A DNA stretch of 64,000 nucleotides from Bugula neritina. Lineage: Eukaryota; Animalia; Bryozoa. Positions 17,501 through 31,100 of this stretch are shown in pieces. Positions within the stretch are counted from its first letter, which is position 1; the number at the start of each line of letters is the position of its first letter. Where the stretch lies: the NCBI GenBank assembly GCA_964035545.1, contig OZ037766.1, positions 31,796,773 to 31,860,772 on the forward strand, read 5' to 3'. The notes beneath the pieces were generated by a model. The model searched no databases and was not told the DNA's origin. It saw only the letters and a program-made list of their open reading frames with translations. A program made the translations under genes and the position numbers.

Positions 17501-20106
17501 TTCTCTCTCCATCATGAGGACCAGTAAACTCCTTCAGTATTGAGTTATAGCTGTAATTTAGACATTGTTGTCATTCAACTATTTTGAACCAATATGAGCA
17601 AATTTTAAAGTATTACATTTTTGTGGTTTCCAGCGGCAGCGAGTTTGATAAGGTCATCAAACTCGCTGACACCTGTCAGCAGCGAGCCGAGACCCCAGAA
17701 TGTGCCGCCACCCATACTTGTACCGCTGACCCTGGAGTAGGAAGTCTCGGATTCAACCTGCAAAACAAGCAAACCGTTAGCAAACAGATACATGTGTCTG
17801 TACACAATATGTATATAGTGACAGGACTAGCAGGTGTCTGTACACAACATGTATATAGTGACAGGACTAGCAGGTGTCTGTACACAACATGAATAGAGTG
17901 ACAGGACTAGCAGGTGTCTGTACACAGCAGGTATAGAGTGTCAGTACTAGCAGGTGTCTGTACACAACATGTATAGAGTGACAGGACTAGCAGGTGTCTG
18001 TACACAATATGTATAGAGTGACAGGACTAGCTAGCCTTGAGTATGCTGACGCCGGAGCCAATGTTGACAAGCATGTAGGGGAAGATATCGGAAGCGCTGG
18101 GTAGAAACTTGTACTCGCTAGTGCCGGGCTGGGGCTTCTGCTGGTAGACAAATGACTCATCGGGAATACATCTGAGCAGGAAGTTACACCCCTTCACCAG
18201 GCAGTCCATCTCATCCTCTTTATCAATTCTGCAACATGTAAAGATATTTCTATTTATCAACAAATTTTCAAAACAGCACCTCTATAATTTGCTTCTACTT
18301 TCAGGTATTGAAAACTTATAAAACAGACAAGAAAATACATTTTGAGATAGTTCAATTCGCTGCAACTCGAAGGTATTCAAAAGTTCTAGCTTTTCACATT
18401 CGCCATCAACTAAACCTGACATGCAAGTTGCTGTAATTGACAGTCATGTATAGGATTTTAGAGGATATGTAGATCTTTCTTTCAGTTCAGCTGTCAATAT
18501 AAAGAGATAGTAATTCTCCTGCCACCAACGATCATGATGCTGCTTGACCATCCAGCAGAACACAACACGGGTCACGGCAGCACCTTCACCCCCTTTGCTC
18601 CCTCCACCCCCTCTACCCCCTATACTCCTTCCACCCCTGACAGCCACAAGTAACTGTAAAACTGCACAGCCCAGAAGTATAGACTTACTGGCACCCCAGT
18701 TTGCTTGTGATCAACTCTTTATACTTGAAAGCCCCTCCGCCCGTGATTTTCACCGTCTTTCCCATCAGTCTATCCGGCTGATGACGCAGAAGGTTCTGCT
18801 GCACGAAGTTGAGACAAGAACTGATATATTTCGTCTCAAACTTCACAAAGTTTAGCATCTCTACTTCTTTGTCAGTTTCTGTTATGTTATATATACTCTG
18901 TAACAAGCCAACAGCTAATATTAGTAAGCACTGAATAAGATAGTACTAACTAACAGTGGAAATTAGTAACAACTGACAATAGTGAGTATGGAGTGACTCA
19001 ATAACTGTTGAAATTAGTAAATACTGTGGTTATTACTTGAAACACAGCCCTCACTAGGAGACTAGGAGATAGCATTTACTTACTAACAGTATAGTTGTAT
19101 TTTAGCTCTAGTTCCTTTTCAATTACACATAGCTCAAGTATAGTCTGAGAGTCTGCTTAATGCAAAGTGAGCTAGGATTGTGAGGCTAGGATAAAGAGGC
19201 TAAGAGAGTTGGAATGAGATAGCTAGGGGTAAGATAACAGGGGGTGAGAAAGTAGGGGGATATGTGAACAGGGGGTGAGAGAGTAGGGGGATATGTGAAC
19301 AGGGGGTGAGAGAGTAGGGGGATATGTGAACAGGGGGTGAGAGAGTAGGAGGTAAGAGAACAGGGTGAGAGAGCAGGGGGATACGTGAACAGGGGGTGAG
19401 AGAGTAGAGGGTAAGAGAACAGGGGGTGAGAGAGTAGGGGGATACGTGAACAGGGGGTGAGAGAGTAGGGGGTGAGAGAACAGGGGGTGAGCGAGTAGGG
19501 GGATACGTGAACAGGGGGCTAAAAATGAGTGCAAGTAGAGATGGTTCACAGTCACTGCTATTTGACAAACTTTACAGCTTATGATGAAAAAATAACTTTC
19601 ACTTCAGAATTTTCTAGACATATATATTAAAAATATAGAGTATGAAGTACGAATTAAATTGCAATCCCAAAACATGTAACACCATGCTATGTACTACAAG
19701 CTTGTACTAACAAGCCCAGGCTAGATTGAAAGTTAAAGGTAAAGGCTACAGTTGGATAAAGGAAGTATTTTACAATATAAAAACTGCTCGTACTTGTGCA
19801 GCTGTACCCTCAGAAACCTTGGTAGACCTTTGCTTGCTCGTGGTACAATAAGCAAGTTTAGCGAGCGAACCACCTACAAGGAATCAAAGAAAAGAGAAAG
19901 TTAATATGACTTTGTTATTAAAATTGAGTGGTTTTATAATTTCAAGCAGTGATATAAATGAAGATGAATGAGTAGTACCGCAACTCACCAATGTCAAGGG
20001 CAAATCTCCGAGCTGTTTTGACATTTTGTAGTAAATCAGGCAGTTCCAGGGCTTTTGCGTATTCCGATGTTACATCACCAGCCGCCAGTGACTCATCAGA
20101 AGCCAT
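11554..20106 (-). CDS. PANK4: Pantothenate kinase 4-like: N-terminal type II PanK domain fused to a C-terminal DUF89/ARMT1-like phosphatase
   Basis: Spliced exons encode FALDIG|[108 protein letters not shown] and [10 protein letters not shown]. Start MASDESL at 20106, stop after KYDSD at 11554. Confidence 0.95.
12512..12730. repeat. 15-bp minisatellite abutting a PANK4 acceptor
   Basis: (CAGGATATTACATCA)n variants. Confidence 0.9.
13622..13958 (-). repeat. 50-bp x7 array duplicating a PANK4 exon 3' end plus its donor
   Basis: Unit ..TATCTAATCTGTCTACCAACCCTAC|GTGAGTATAG; GTGAGT donors at 13918, 13868, 13818, 13768, 13718 and 13668. Confidence 0.93.
14061..14414. repeat. 8/16-bp repeat (TGAACTAT/TGAACTGC)n
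   Basis: Direct periodicity in a PANK4 intron. Confidence 0.95.
15095..15425. repeat. ~30-bp minisatellite (GTGGATTGAATATACTACACAGGATGCTACA)n
   Basis: About 10 copies in a PANK4 intron. Confidence 0.93.
15494..15558 (-). repeat. 22-bp x3 donor-site duplication (TCACAG|GTCGGTCACATGAC)
   Basis: The exon end YWSQ|gtcggt is repeated twice into the intron. Confidence 0.85.
16833..17420 (-). repeat. 33-bp x~18 array duplicating a PANK4 acceptor plus exon start (in frame, [11 protein letters not shown])
   Basis: Unit CTTACAG|GTAGATATACTAGTACAGGATATATA; ORF 16676-17515 reads through all copies. Confidence 0.95.
17792..18030. repeat. 40-bp x6 minisatellite filling a PANK4 intron
   Basis: (GTGTCTGTACACAACATGTATAGAGTGACAGGACTAGCAG)n. 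Confidence 0.93.
19236..19520. repeat. ~30-bp purine/G-rich minisatellite
   Basis: (AGAGAGTAGGGGGATACGTGAACAGGGGGTG)n variants. Confidence 0.9.
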
Positions 20107-22107
20107 TGTCTAGCCATACATGATAAATAAGTTGCAAGAAGCTAAGCTACTCAATATAGGTCATCCAGCATTCAAAGAATCACATTATCATTAAACCTTT
20201 TTTCAAGTGAGTGAAGGCAAATCAGCAGAGAGGCACACTGTTAGCAGTTTCTGACAGTTTGAAAAAAAGGACATAATCATGTTTCACTCTTAGTTACTGT
20301 AGATGCAGTTACTATCATAGCTACCACTAACATTAGTAGTTACAGTTACATGCTTACATTATATTTATAGTATATGTAACAGTTGATCATATAGTAATAT
20401 ACTTATAGTTCATATGCTAGAATTTATATTAAGTTCAACTTTAACAATTACAATATAAATATTATTAAAATTAATAATTATATTTATAGTAATTAAAACT
20501 AATGAATGGCGTTATTATTATTAAAGATTAGTTATAGTCATAATCAATAAATCATCATCATAATGATAATCATAATGCTTATATTTATAATATCTATTTC
20601 ATTTTATCAACAAAGTTTACTTCCAGTTCCACTTTTAGTCTTTTACAAACTCATGCTTATAGTAATAGTTACAGACTTACAGTTACTCTTATTCTTAGAG
20701 TGATTACTATTATCATACTGACACTGATAGGGTGAATTTTATTTTTTAGAATGTTCAATTGATACTCATAGTCATAGTCATACTGATACTCATACTCACT
20801 TACTGTTAAAGCGACAAAATTTAATGGCAATTATTAATATCGGCCTTAAATGCATGGCAGATAAGAGGTCATGCAACTTGATTTTCAACTACTTGTCCTG
20901 TGATTTTAAATAGATAATCATAATGATATGCATTGAAGTTTACATTTGGATTTTAATCGTTTGTTTGCAGCCACAGGATATTGGCGTTTGATTTTCACTT
21001 TGAAAGCGAAAGTACCAGGCGTATGACGCTTTGGGTGTATGTATGGGCGATTATCAGAGAGAACAAAACTCCTATTGTTTAAATTACTGCTGACCCGGTA
21101 TCTAAGTTATCTAATGTTTAAAATCTCTCTAACTTTTTGTGCTCAACATTTTCTTTATAATGAATGCTCTTTTGTTTTAGAGTACTTTCTTGCCTATACT
21201 TTTCTCTGCTATATCCTCAGTTATAACTTATAATGCTTTTGCATTATAATTTATAATAGTGTCAACAATCGAGTGTAAGTTTGCGATGCAGTGAATAAAT
21301 TGCTTGTAGACACACAAGAACGCAGCTGGGCCTTCATATGAAGAACAACAGCATTATAATTGAAATACGGTTTGCAATATTTTAGTGTATATAAACATGT
21401 AAATTTAATGTTTTATTTTAGAAATGCTGTTATGGTGTATTGTATTAAAATATAAGTTAAGCAAAATACAAAATAAGGAAGAGAATTAAATCTGCAATCA
21501 AGAGATGAAGTGTGCTAATGATATAGAAATAAGATACTAACAGTATAGAGTCCTTGCCATAATGTCATAACTAAAACCAATGTTCCAAGGTCAACTTGAG
21601 GTGAACTTGTAAAAAGCTAGCTAGCAGCACAACATTGCGAAAATGCAACTAAACAAAGGCTGGGCATGAGAAAGAAAAATCAACTAAATATTTCCCCATG
21701 TAGAAAAAACACATGTGGCTTGATGGGAGAGATATAGCCATGTTCAAATGTTATGATATAATTGTCCAAAGTCCAAATTACAACTTTCTTCTATAAATTA
21801 CAATAGTATCATAATTTTGTAGAGAAATGAAAATTGATTATTCTAATATGTACCTAAGATGGGATGGAGCAAACAGTCCCGATAAGATAGACACTATAAA
21901 TTTCAAATAACATTAAAACACTATAAATATTGGCACTAATTAAAATGTTTAACAAATGTTTGTGAGTTACAATAAGAACACATGTGAAGCCATGACAGTT
22001 CAATTTCAAAATAACGGAGAAATCTTAATTTTATTGTCGGCAATGAATAAGAATAGCTGCCGGTCTGCTAGTAGATATCTCCTAGAAGCCGCAGCGCTGC
22101 TGGATCT

Positions 22108-25100
22108 TCACTTCTCTACTTCAGTCTTTTTATCCAATACAGGTGAAGAGCTGGTATTCTCAGGAGAGCTACTGGCTGGTGATTTGTTAGTTGTCGTAGC
22201 AGTCACGCCCTCCCCAGCCACGCCCTCTCTAGCCACGCCCTCTCTAGCCACGCCCTCCCTAGGACTGTTATCTGCTAAGCTGGTAGAAGACTCAATATGG
22301 TGAGTATTGTCATTTTCTACGGAGTCGTCGTCCATATCATTGATAGATAGGTCTGCCCCTTCTCCATTATCCTACAACAGGTAACAGGATATGATGTATT
22401 GCAGTGCTCACGCAGGACACATAGCCCTGTCGATTTAGCAGCAAAGGGGCAGAAACCCTCTAAAGGCAGGATACCGTGACTAATGTCTAAACAACATTCT
22501 CAATTAACAGTAAAAGAGTTGAGCACAAACTCTAGAAAGGTGGTACATAGCAGACTGCAATGATATCTTCAGAGAACTAGCTAACGCCACAGACCTCTTC
22601 AGGGCACAGCTCCAAAGCTTTAGCCAGACACATCTTTGCACTCTGAGAACGCTCCAAAAAGTAGCCATTTGATGCTTCGTTTGACTGTACAGGCGGAGTC
22701 CAGTTGTTGTATGAATATTGGCTGCTGGCCCCACCATAGTTCCCTCTCTACCAATCAGATGACAGCTGACATCACATGTATTTCAGCAGCAACCAATTAC
22801 GTAAAAGATAATAGAGAATATTGTTAAGGAGTAGCCAATCAGATGCAATCAAACAAGGCATTTATAACGTAGCTGACATAGTTGATTAATTAAAATAGCA
22901 GTAGAATAGTAGAATAGTAATAGTATAGCAGTAGTATAGCAGTATATTAGCACTCACTCTCTCCATCTCTTCATTGAGCCACTCCACAGCTGTTATCCAC
23001 CTGTCCATCATATGACGTTCACTGTTGAGTAACTTGTTAGCCAGCTCACACCTATTATACCGTATATTCAACATGATTATACCGTATACTCAACATGATA
23101 ATACCGTATACTCAACATAATTATACCGTATGTACATATATATTACCTGGAGAAAAGATTGGTGAGCATTTTGATGCACTGATATGCTCTCTTCTGGTAA
23201 TTGCTCTTAGACTTAAGGATGATGTCAAACAGAGCCTCTTTGTCGTCGTTGAACCCCATGAGTGTGTTGATGATGCGGTTGGTCTGCCAACTGTCTTCCA
23301 GCAGCAGCAGCAGGAGCAGCAGGTCGAGGTACGGCCTCATCTCGTACGTGTAGATGTACGTCACCTGCCAGAGTAGCTCACTGAGCAGCTCGGCGCTGAA
23401 CTTGGCATTCTCGTAGCTGAGGTAGAGCAGCAGCTGTTTGGTGTCCTCCTGCGCCACGTTCTCCTCCACAATCTTCTTGATGAACGCGCGGTTCTTAAAG
23501 AGCAGAGCGGAGACGTTGGACTGGAGAGGGTAGAGCTGCTGGTTAGCAATTGCGTACGGGTTGGGTGCCATCGGCTGACCCTCCTAACAACAGGAATCAC
23601 TCGCTTATATGTGAATCACATGACATACGCAGAAATACTGCCAATAATAACAATTTTCTTGTATGAGTTTATGTGAGAACACAATGTGAGACTCATGCTA
23701 CAGGATAACATGGTAGGGTGGGGGAAGTGAGGTACGCGTACCTGTGTTTTACACTCAGAGGAGAGATCACAGCACCTGACCAGCACCGACACAACAGAGA
23801 AAAGCTTCACCAACTCCGCATACTGGTACTTGATGGATGGGCCGGGCCCGTCGTCTATAGATACTTGTATGAAGGTTCCCAGCACGTTCAGGGACAGGAG
23901 TTGTCTTCTCTGTAAGTAGTATATATACTCCAGCATAAGGGCAGACAACTTCACTTAGTCATGCTATACTGAAAGATAGACCATATCAACTAGGCTGACA
24001 ACACACATTAGTTGCTGGTATACAAGATGTACTTCTACAGAGTCTGTAAGAAGACATGAAGAGAGTGAGTGAGTCATACCTCCTCCGCGCCCAAGTTGGC
24101 GTACATGAGGAAGAGGTGGAAATACTGAGCAATATGGCGGCCATGTTCCGGCACTTCTTTTCGAAGAAGAGCTAAGACTGCCATGATGAGGTGGTCACTC
24201 AGTCCTTTCCCGTGTTCACTGATGTCAGTGTCCCCTGGGAAAACAATTTACATGAGTTAGTAGAGGAGACAACTACAATACTAGTAATATTGAGTAGAGG
24301 AGACAACTACAACACTAGTTATACTGAGTAGAGGAGACAACTACAATACTAGTAATATTGAGTAGAGGAGACAACTACAACACTAGTTATACTGAGTAGA
24401 GGAGACAACTACAATACTAGTAATATTGAGTAGAGGAGACAACTACAACACTAGTTATACTGAGTAGAGGAGACAACTACAACACTAGTTATACTGAGTA
24501 GAGGAGACAACTACAACACTAGTTATACTGAGTAGAGGAGACAACTACAACACTAGTTATACTGAGTAGAGGAGACAACTGATAGTAAAAACTTGATACT
24601 GATTTTATGGCCATGAAAACATACCATAGAGGTTAAGGTTAGGGGGTGGAGAACAAGCCCCGTCTCCTTTAGATATGTGGGCTAGTAAGGCTATGATCTT
24701 AGCAAATGTGACTCGAACCTGCAATGAGAAAAATAGTACTTTACCACAACTATCACTAGAGTACTGTGTGTGAATTGTCAGCTGGTGTAATGGGGCAAAA
24801 TTTTCCATAAAAAATAAATTTAAACCCAACTTATTTTCATCTGCATTGAAAACAAATTAAATTTCAAGTGAACAAGATAAAATAGTCTGCCACACACAGT
24901 GCACTATGCTATATAATAAAATGTAATACAAGTGTGTACATAGCTTGAAGTTGTAACTTTGTGTGTTTATAGGTCATACCTCGGAACTTGTTGATTCGAG
25001 CAAATATTCTGAAAATCTCTGAGGATGAGAGAAGAGAACGTTCTTGGCAAACCAACTACGAATTTTATCACTAGTCCTGAAGTGATTACTGAGTATTTCG

Positions 25101-28100
25101 TACCACTCAGATGCAGGACCTCTGTAATATCGTAATATATTACATTATATTATAATATTAAAATAGTATATTATATTGCTGTATAATATAATAACATATT
25201 ACAAAGTAACATAGACCAGTGAACATTGGTCTAGACTCTAGTGTAACATGACATGTCAGGTGTTACCTCAACGTTTTCTTAGTATGAAATCCAACAGAGA
25301 AGAGAAACTCAGACGCCAGACGCACACTGATGAAGGCTAAATGTACGAGGTGCTCAGGCTAAAACATTCACAATGTACTATATTTAACAATATAAGGTAT
25401 ATATGGTATATGGTATGAACACACTGCATAAGGTATATATGGTATATAGTATGAACACACTGCATAAGGTATATATAGTATATAGTATGAAGACACTGTA
25501 TAAGGTATATATGGTATATAGTATGAACACACTGCATAGGATACAATATAGTAGGAGCAGAAGACTCACCATATCACTATAACTTTGGTGCTGCTGTATA
25601 TAGTCTATCACAGCCGGTATATTACAGTTTATCAACTTCTTCATGAACTGGAAATGCTCCGGACAAAACCTGTTCTTATTATGCAGGAAGTCCAGGTTCT
25701 GCTTTCGGACAATTCTCTCGATGGCTACGGGAATTGTGGGCGCCTCCTTCTTATTGGCTGTAAACAACGCATGACTCATCACAGCACGACTCAGCACAAA
25801 AGCACACTAAATATTTGTTGATGAATATAAGCATATAGACTTCTATATAAGAAATAGAAGCGTACATGAAACTAATACTGACAATGTTCTAAGAATGCCC
25901 ATTCAGTAACTATAAATTTTATATAAGAAAAAAAAGTGTCAATAAACATACAGGCTTCTCAAGAGAATGAGCAGTATTGTATATATACGAGGTAGGGTTA
26001 CCTTAACATATGCATGATGCATACCTAAGACCTATCAAACTGCACATTATTCAACTCATAAAATGTTTTACAGATAAATTCACACTAAGAGCCTTTTACC
26101 CCTCCCCACCCCGTCACACTGTTGCAAAGTATCTTCTCACAACTCGTTGAAAAGAATAAGGATACTAATGGCCAATTTACAATAAGAAAGAGAAACCACA
26201 GCAAATTAACTATAACATGGGGTTTATGTAATCCCCAAAGGAAATGGTAGAGGTGTGAGAGTTACCCAAGTATAGCTCGTCAATGCCCTTAGAGATGTCA
26301 TCAACGCTTTTCTCCTTCTCTACAGAATCATCTCGCCCGCCTTCCTTATCAGTTTCCGTGCTGGGAATTCTCTCGTAGATGAGGATGTATGCATTCCACC
26401 ACCTCTTCTGGCGTCTGTACGACATTCTAAAAAGAGAGGAATGGACGGCGTATTTACTTCTAGTAGTGAGATAGTACATACCAGTAGATAGCAGAATGAC
26501 ATACTCATATACATGCTCACCTTTTCAACATGTGGTCAAACACTTCTCCCGTGTACTCCCCGCCAAAACACTCCTTCTTCAACTCCTCGTCGTCGTCCAT
26601 TCTGCATTCCGAGACATCCCCGTCATCAAAACGATACCACCTGCTCACACAACAGGAAGTGTGTCACACAACAGGAAGTATGTCACACAACAGGAAGTGT
26701 GTCACACAATAGTAAGTGTGTCACACAATAGTAAGTGTGTCACACAACAGGAAGTGTGTCACACAAGAGTAAGTGTGTCACACAGGAGTAAGTATGTCAC
26801 ACAAGAACCAGAATATTTCCCAAGATAACATTGGTCATATCATTTTCTTGACAAATAACACTCCCAGATTATACTGAAATATAATATATCAATATATAAC
26901 ATACTAGAAGACACTCTTACTTGGTGCAGTCTGGAGAGGAGGGATCTGAATGTTTGATGAAGGAGTAATAGTGACCTCCACTAGCCTGACCACTGTGCAC
27001 TACGATGCCGGTCAGTTGGTACTGGGTCTCTTGGGCAGCGTACGACTTCTCTTCATCGTCCACCCACTTCTCCCCTGTGACACACAACTACCTGTCTACA
27101 CCACTGATACACTACCTGTCTACACCACTGATACACTACCTGTCTACACCACTGATACACTACCTGTCTACACCACTAATACACTACCTGTATATAACAC
27201 TGATACACTACCTGTATATAACACTGATACCTGTATATAACACTGATACACTACCTGTATATAACACTGATACACTACCTGTATATAACACTGATACACT
27301 ACCTGTTTATAACACTGATACACTACCTGTATATAACACTGATACACTACCTGTATATAACACTCATACACTACCTGTATATAACACTCATACACTACCT
27401 GTATATAACACTGATACACTACCTGTATATAACACTCATACACTACCTGTATATAACACTGATACACTACCTGTATATAACACTGATACACTACCTGTAT
27501 ATAACACTGATACACTACCTGTATATAACACTGATACACTACCTGTATATAACACTCATACACTACCTGTATATAACACTGATACACTACCTGTATATAA
27601 CACTGATACACTACCTGTATATAACACTGATACACTACCTGTATATAACACTGATACACTACCTGTATATAACACTGATACACTACCTGTATATAACACT
27701 CATACACTACCTGTATATAACACTCATACACTACCTGTATATAACACTCATACACTACCTGTATATAACACAAGGTAACATGTTTGTGATGTCATCTATT
27801 AACCTACCTTCCATCTTGGCTAGACCGTATACAGTGTACGGCTCCATGTCTATCTGCCTGGGAAACTCAAAGTAATCATTAAACTTTATGGGGCACTCCC
27901 TCTCCCAGTCGTAGTCAAATCTTTTCAGTTGTATAGCTAGGATCTTGGGCAATTTCTTGACACACATACGCTTGACAGTGTCGACCTAATGTGAGAGAAG
28001 CAGTAATATTATATACATAGTAATATTATATACATAGTAATACTACAGACATAGTAATATTATATACATAGTAATAATATTATATACATAGTAATATTAT

Positions 28101-31100
28101 ATACATAGTAATATTATATACACAGTAATATTATATACATAGTAATATCATATACATAGTAATATACACTAATATTATATACATAGTAATATTATATACA
28201 TAGTAATAGACATAATATTATATACATAGTACTAGTCTTACCTTTTTACCACATCTCTCACAGAAGTAGGCGTTGGCACCTTCCAGCAGGTCCCCTTTCA
28301 CAGACTGCTCCAGGGACTCCTTGAGGTGTTGGTGGTTCCGGATCTCCAGGTTGAGGGTGGTGAAGGACTGCTCCTGGGAATACCTGCAATGAAGAGCAGC
28401 TCTAAATACTAGCAGCAGCATGTACCATGAAACATGTACCAGGTACCTGCTAATAGTGTCACCTGCTAAAGGTACGATAGGTAAAGGGAGAGAAAGAAAG
28501 AAGCTGACCTGTGGGGACAGTCTTTGCATATCTTCTGGTCGGCGTAAGACCCGCCCAACACCTGACTGCACAGCTGGTCTTTACCTAGAGCCTTCATTGC
28601 CTCGTCACACGAGTCTACGAGTCTACCGAAGAACTCGAGAGCATCGTGCTGCTCTCTCAGATTCACCTGTTCACCTTGTATCCTGTGAGACAGAGTAGCA
28701 AACAATAGTATACTAGTACCTACAGTATACAAGTACCTACAGTATACAAGTACCTACAGTATACTAGTACCTACAGTATACAAGTACCTACAGTATACAA
28801 GTACCTACAGTATACAAGTACCTACAGTATACTAGTACCTACAGTATACAAGTACCTACAGTATACAAGTACCTACAGTATACTAGTACCTACAGTATAC
28901 AAGTACCTACAGTATACAAGTACCTACAGTATACAAGTACCTACAGTATACTAGTACCTACAGTATACAAGTACCTACAGTATACAAGTACCTACAGTAT
29001 ACAAGTACCTACAGTATACAAGTACCTACAGTATACTAGTACCTACAGTATACAAGTACCTACAGTATACAAGTACCTACAGTATACTAGTACCTATAGT
29101 ATACTAGTACCTACAGTATACAAGTACCTATAGTATACAAGTACCTACAGTATACTAGTACCTACAGTATACAAGTACCTACAGTATACAATAGTATACT
29201 AGTACCTATAGTATACAAGTACCTATAGTATACAAGTACCTACAGTATACAAGTACCTACAGTATACAAGTACCTACAGTATACTAGTACCTACAGTATA
29301 CTAGTACCTACAGTATACAAGTACCTACAGTATACAATAGTATACTAGTACCTACAGTATACAAGTACCTATAGTATACAAGTACCTACAGTATACTAGT
29401 ACCTACAGTATACAAGTACCTACAGTATACAATAGTATACTAGTACCTACAGTATACAAGTACCTATAGTATACAAGTACCTACAGTATACTAGTACCTA
29501 CAGTATACAAGTACCTACAGTATACAAGTACCTACAGTATACAAGTACCTATAGTATACAAGTACCTACAGTATACAAGTACCTACAGTATACAAGTACC
29601 TACAGTATACAAGTACCTACAGTATACTAGTACCTACAGTATACAAGTACCTACAGTATACTAGTACCTACAGTATACAAGTACCTATAGTATACTAGTA
29701 CCTACAGTATACAACTACCTACAGTATACTAGTACCTACAGTATACAAGTACCTACAGTATACTAGTACCTACAGTATACAAGTACCTATAGTATACAAG
29801 TACCTACAGTATACAAGTACCTACAGTATACAAGTACCTACAGTATACTAGTACCTACAGTATACAAGTACCTACAGTATACTAGTACCTACAGTATACA
29901 AGTACCTATAGTATACTAGTACCTACAGTATACAACTACCTACAGTATACAACTACCTACAGTATACAAGTACCTACAGTATACAAGTAGGGCGACAAGT
30001 GAAATAAACTTGTTACCCGCCAACGCCACCAACTAAGTGACGTAGTGGCAGCAATACGTATGCAGGACGAGGCCCGACAGCGGCAACACTTACTTGAACT
30101 GTTTCCAGAAACCCTTGGGAGTATAGAACTGCGGCTTGCTACGAGCTAAATGAGCGAATATAATCTGCACTTGCTGGAGCACACCAAGATTGTACGCCTT
30201 TTCGCTGTCGTCCACAGAAGAGTTGTGGGAGGTGGAGGGTTCGAGAGAGTCATTAGCCTGTTTCTCCACTTCTATCACCTCACTGGTGGCGGGTGCAGGG
30301 TTGGGGTACAGCTTATCGTACTGCAAGAGTGTATTCAAAACTACATACCATTATCTAGTTAGCTGCAGTCAACTTCACTCAACTGATAGTCAACCTAGTT
30401 GTGAGTTGCGTCGCCTTTTCATTTTGCTTCAGCAACAAAAGTATATAATTAAGCTCATACAAGAGACAACAACTTACAATCTAAACTGTATGCAACTGCT
30501 GCTGTGACTACACACTTCTCAACTGAAGAAGTAGTTTAATATTATACATATTGTAGCCAAAAAGCACTAGTCTATAAATAGATCAAATTCTCTTCAACTA
30601 ACATTAGGAGGTTGGGCGTCCTTGACATCACCATCTTCTACGGCATCGTCAGCGATTCCCTCCAGACTGAGAATTCCGTCTCTTATCTCGGGGATCATAA
30701 ACAGCTGCTGCAGCACAGAGTTCATGTAGCAAGTAGCACCGCCGTTCTTTAGTCCCACAAATCCATGGGCAGGTCTCATGCCAACCGGGGGCAGGTACTC
30801 CCATTCAGACAACATGGAGTATTCGCCTGACAACCACATAACTGATGAGTAACTGACACATCACAGCAGGTGTTCTGACACATAACTAGTGAGTAACTGA
30901 CACATCACAGCAAGTGTTCTGACATATGACTAGTGAGTAACTGACACACCACAGCAGGTGTTCTGACATATAACTAGTGAGTAACTGACACACCACAGCA
31001 GGTGTTCTGACAACTAGTGAGTAACTGACACATAACAGCAGGTGTTCTGACACATCACAAAAGTAAATAAACCAGGTGGCTAATGTTACTCTCAATTAGT

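Noticed and set aside
16740-17543. Plus-strand Cys/Ser/Thr repeat protein ([11 protein letters not shown])n and similar antisense ORFs at 27005 and 55487
   Set aside because: These are antisense readings of 3n-length intronic minisatellites with no independent gene signals.
20500-20810. Similarity to 50690-50990 (AGTATC/ACTCAT-type hexamers) as a shared regulatory element
   Set aside because: It is degenerate low-complexity sequence that cannot be aligned reliably by eye.
22504-22737. [12 protein letters not shown]... as a separate gene
   Set aside because: It is an alternate frame of the USP9X penultimate exon (true frame [27 protein letters not shown]).
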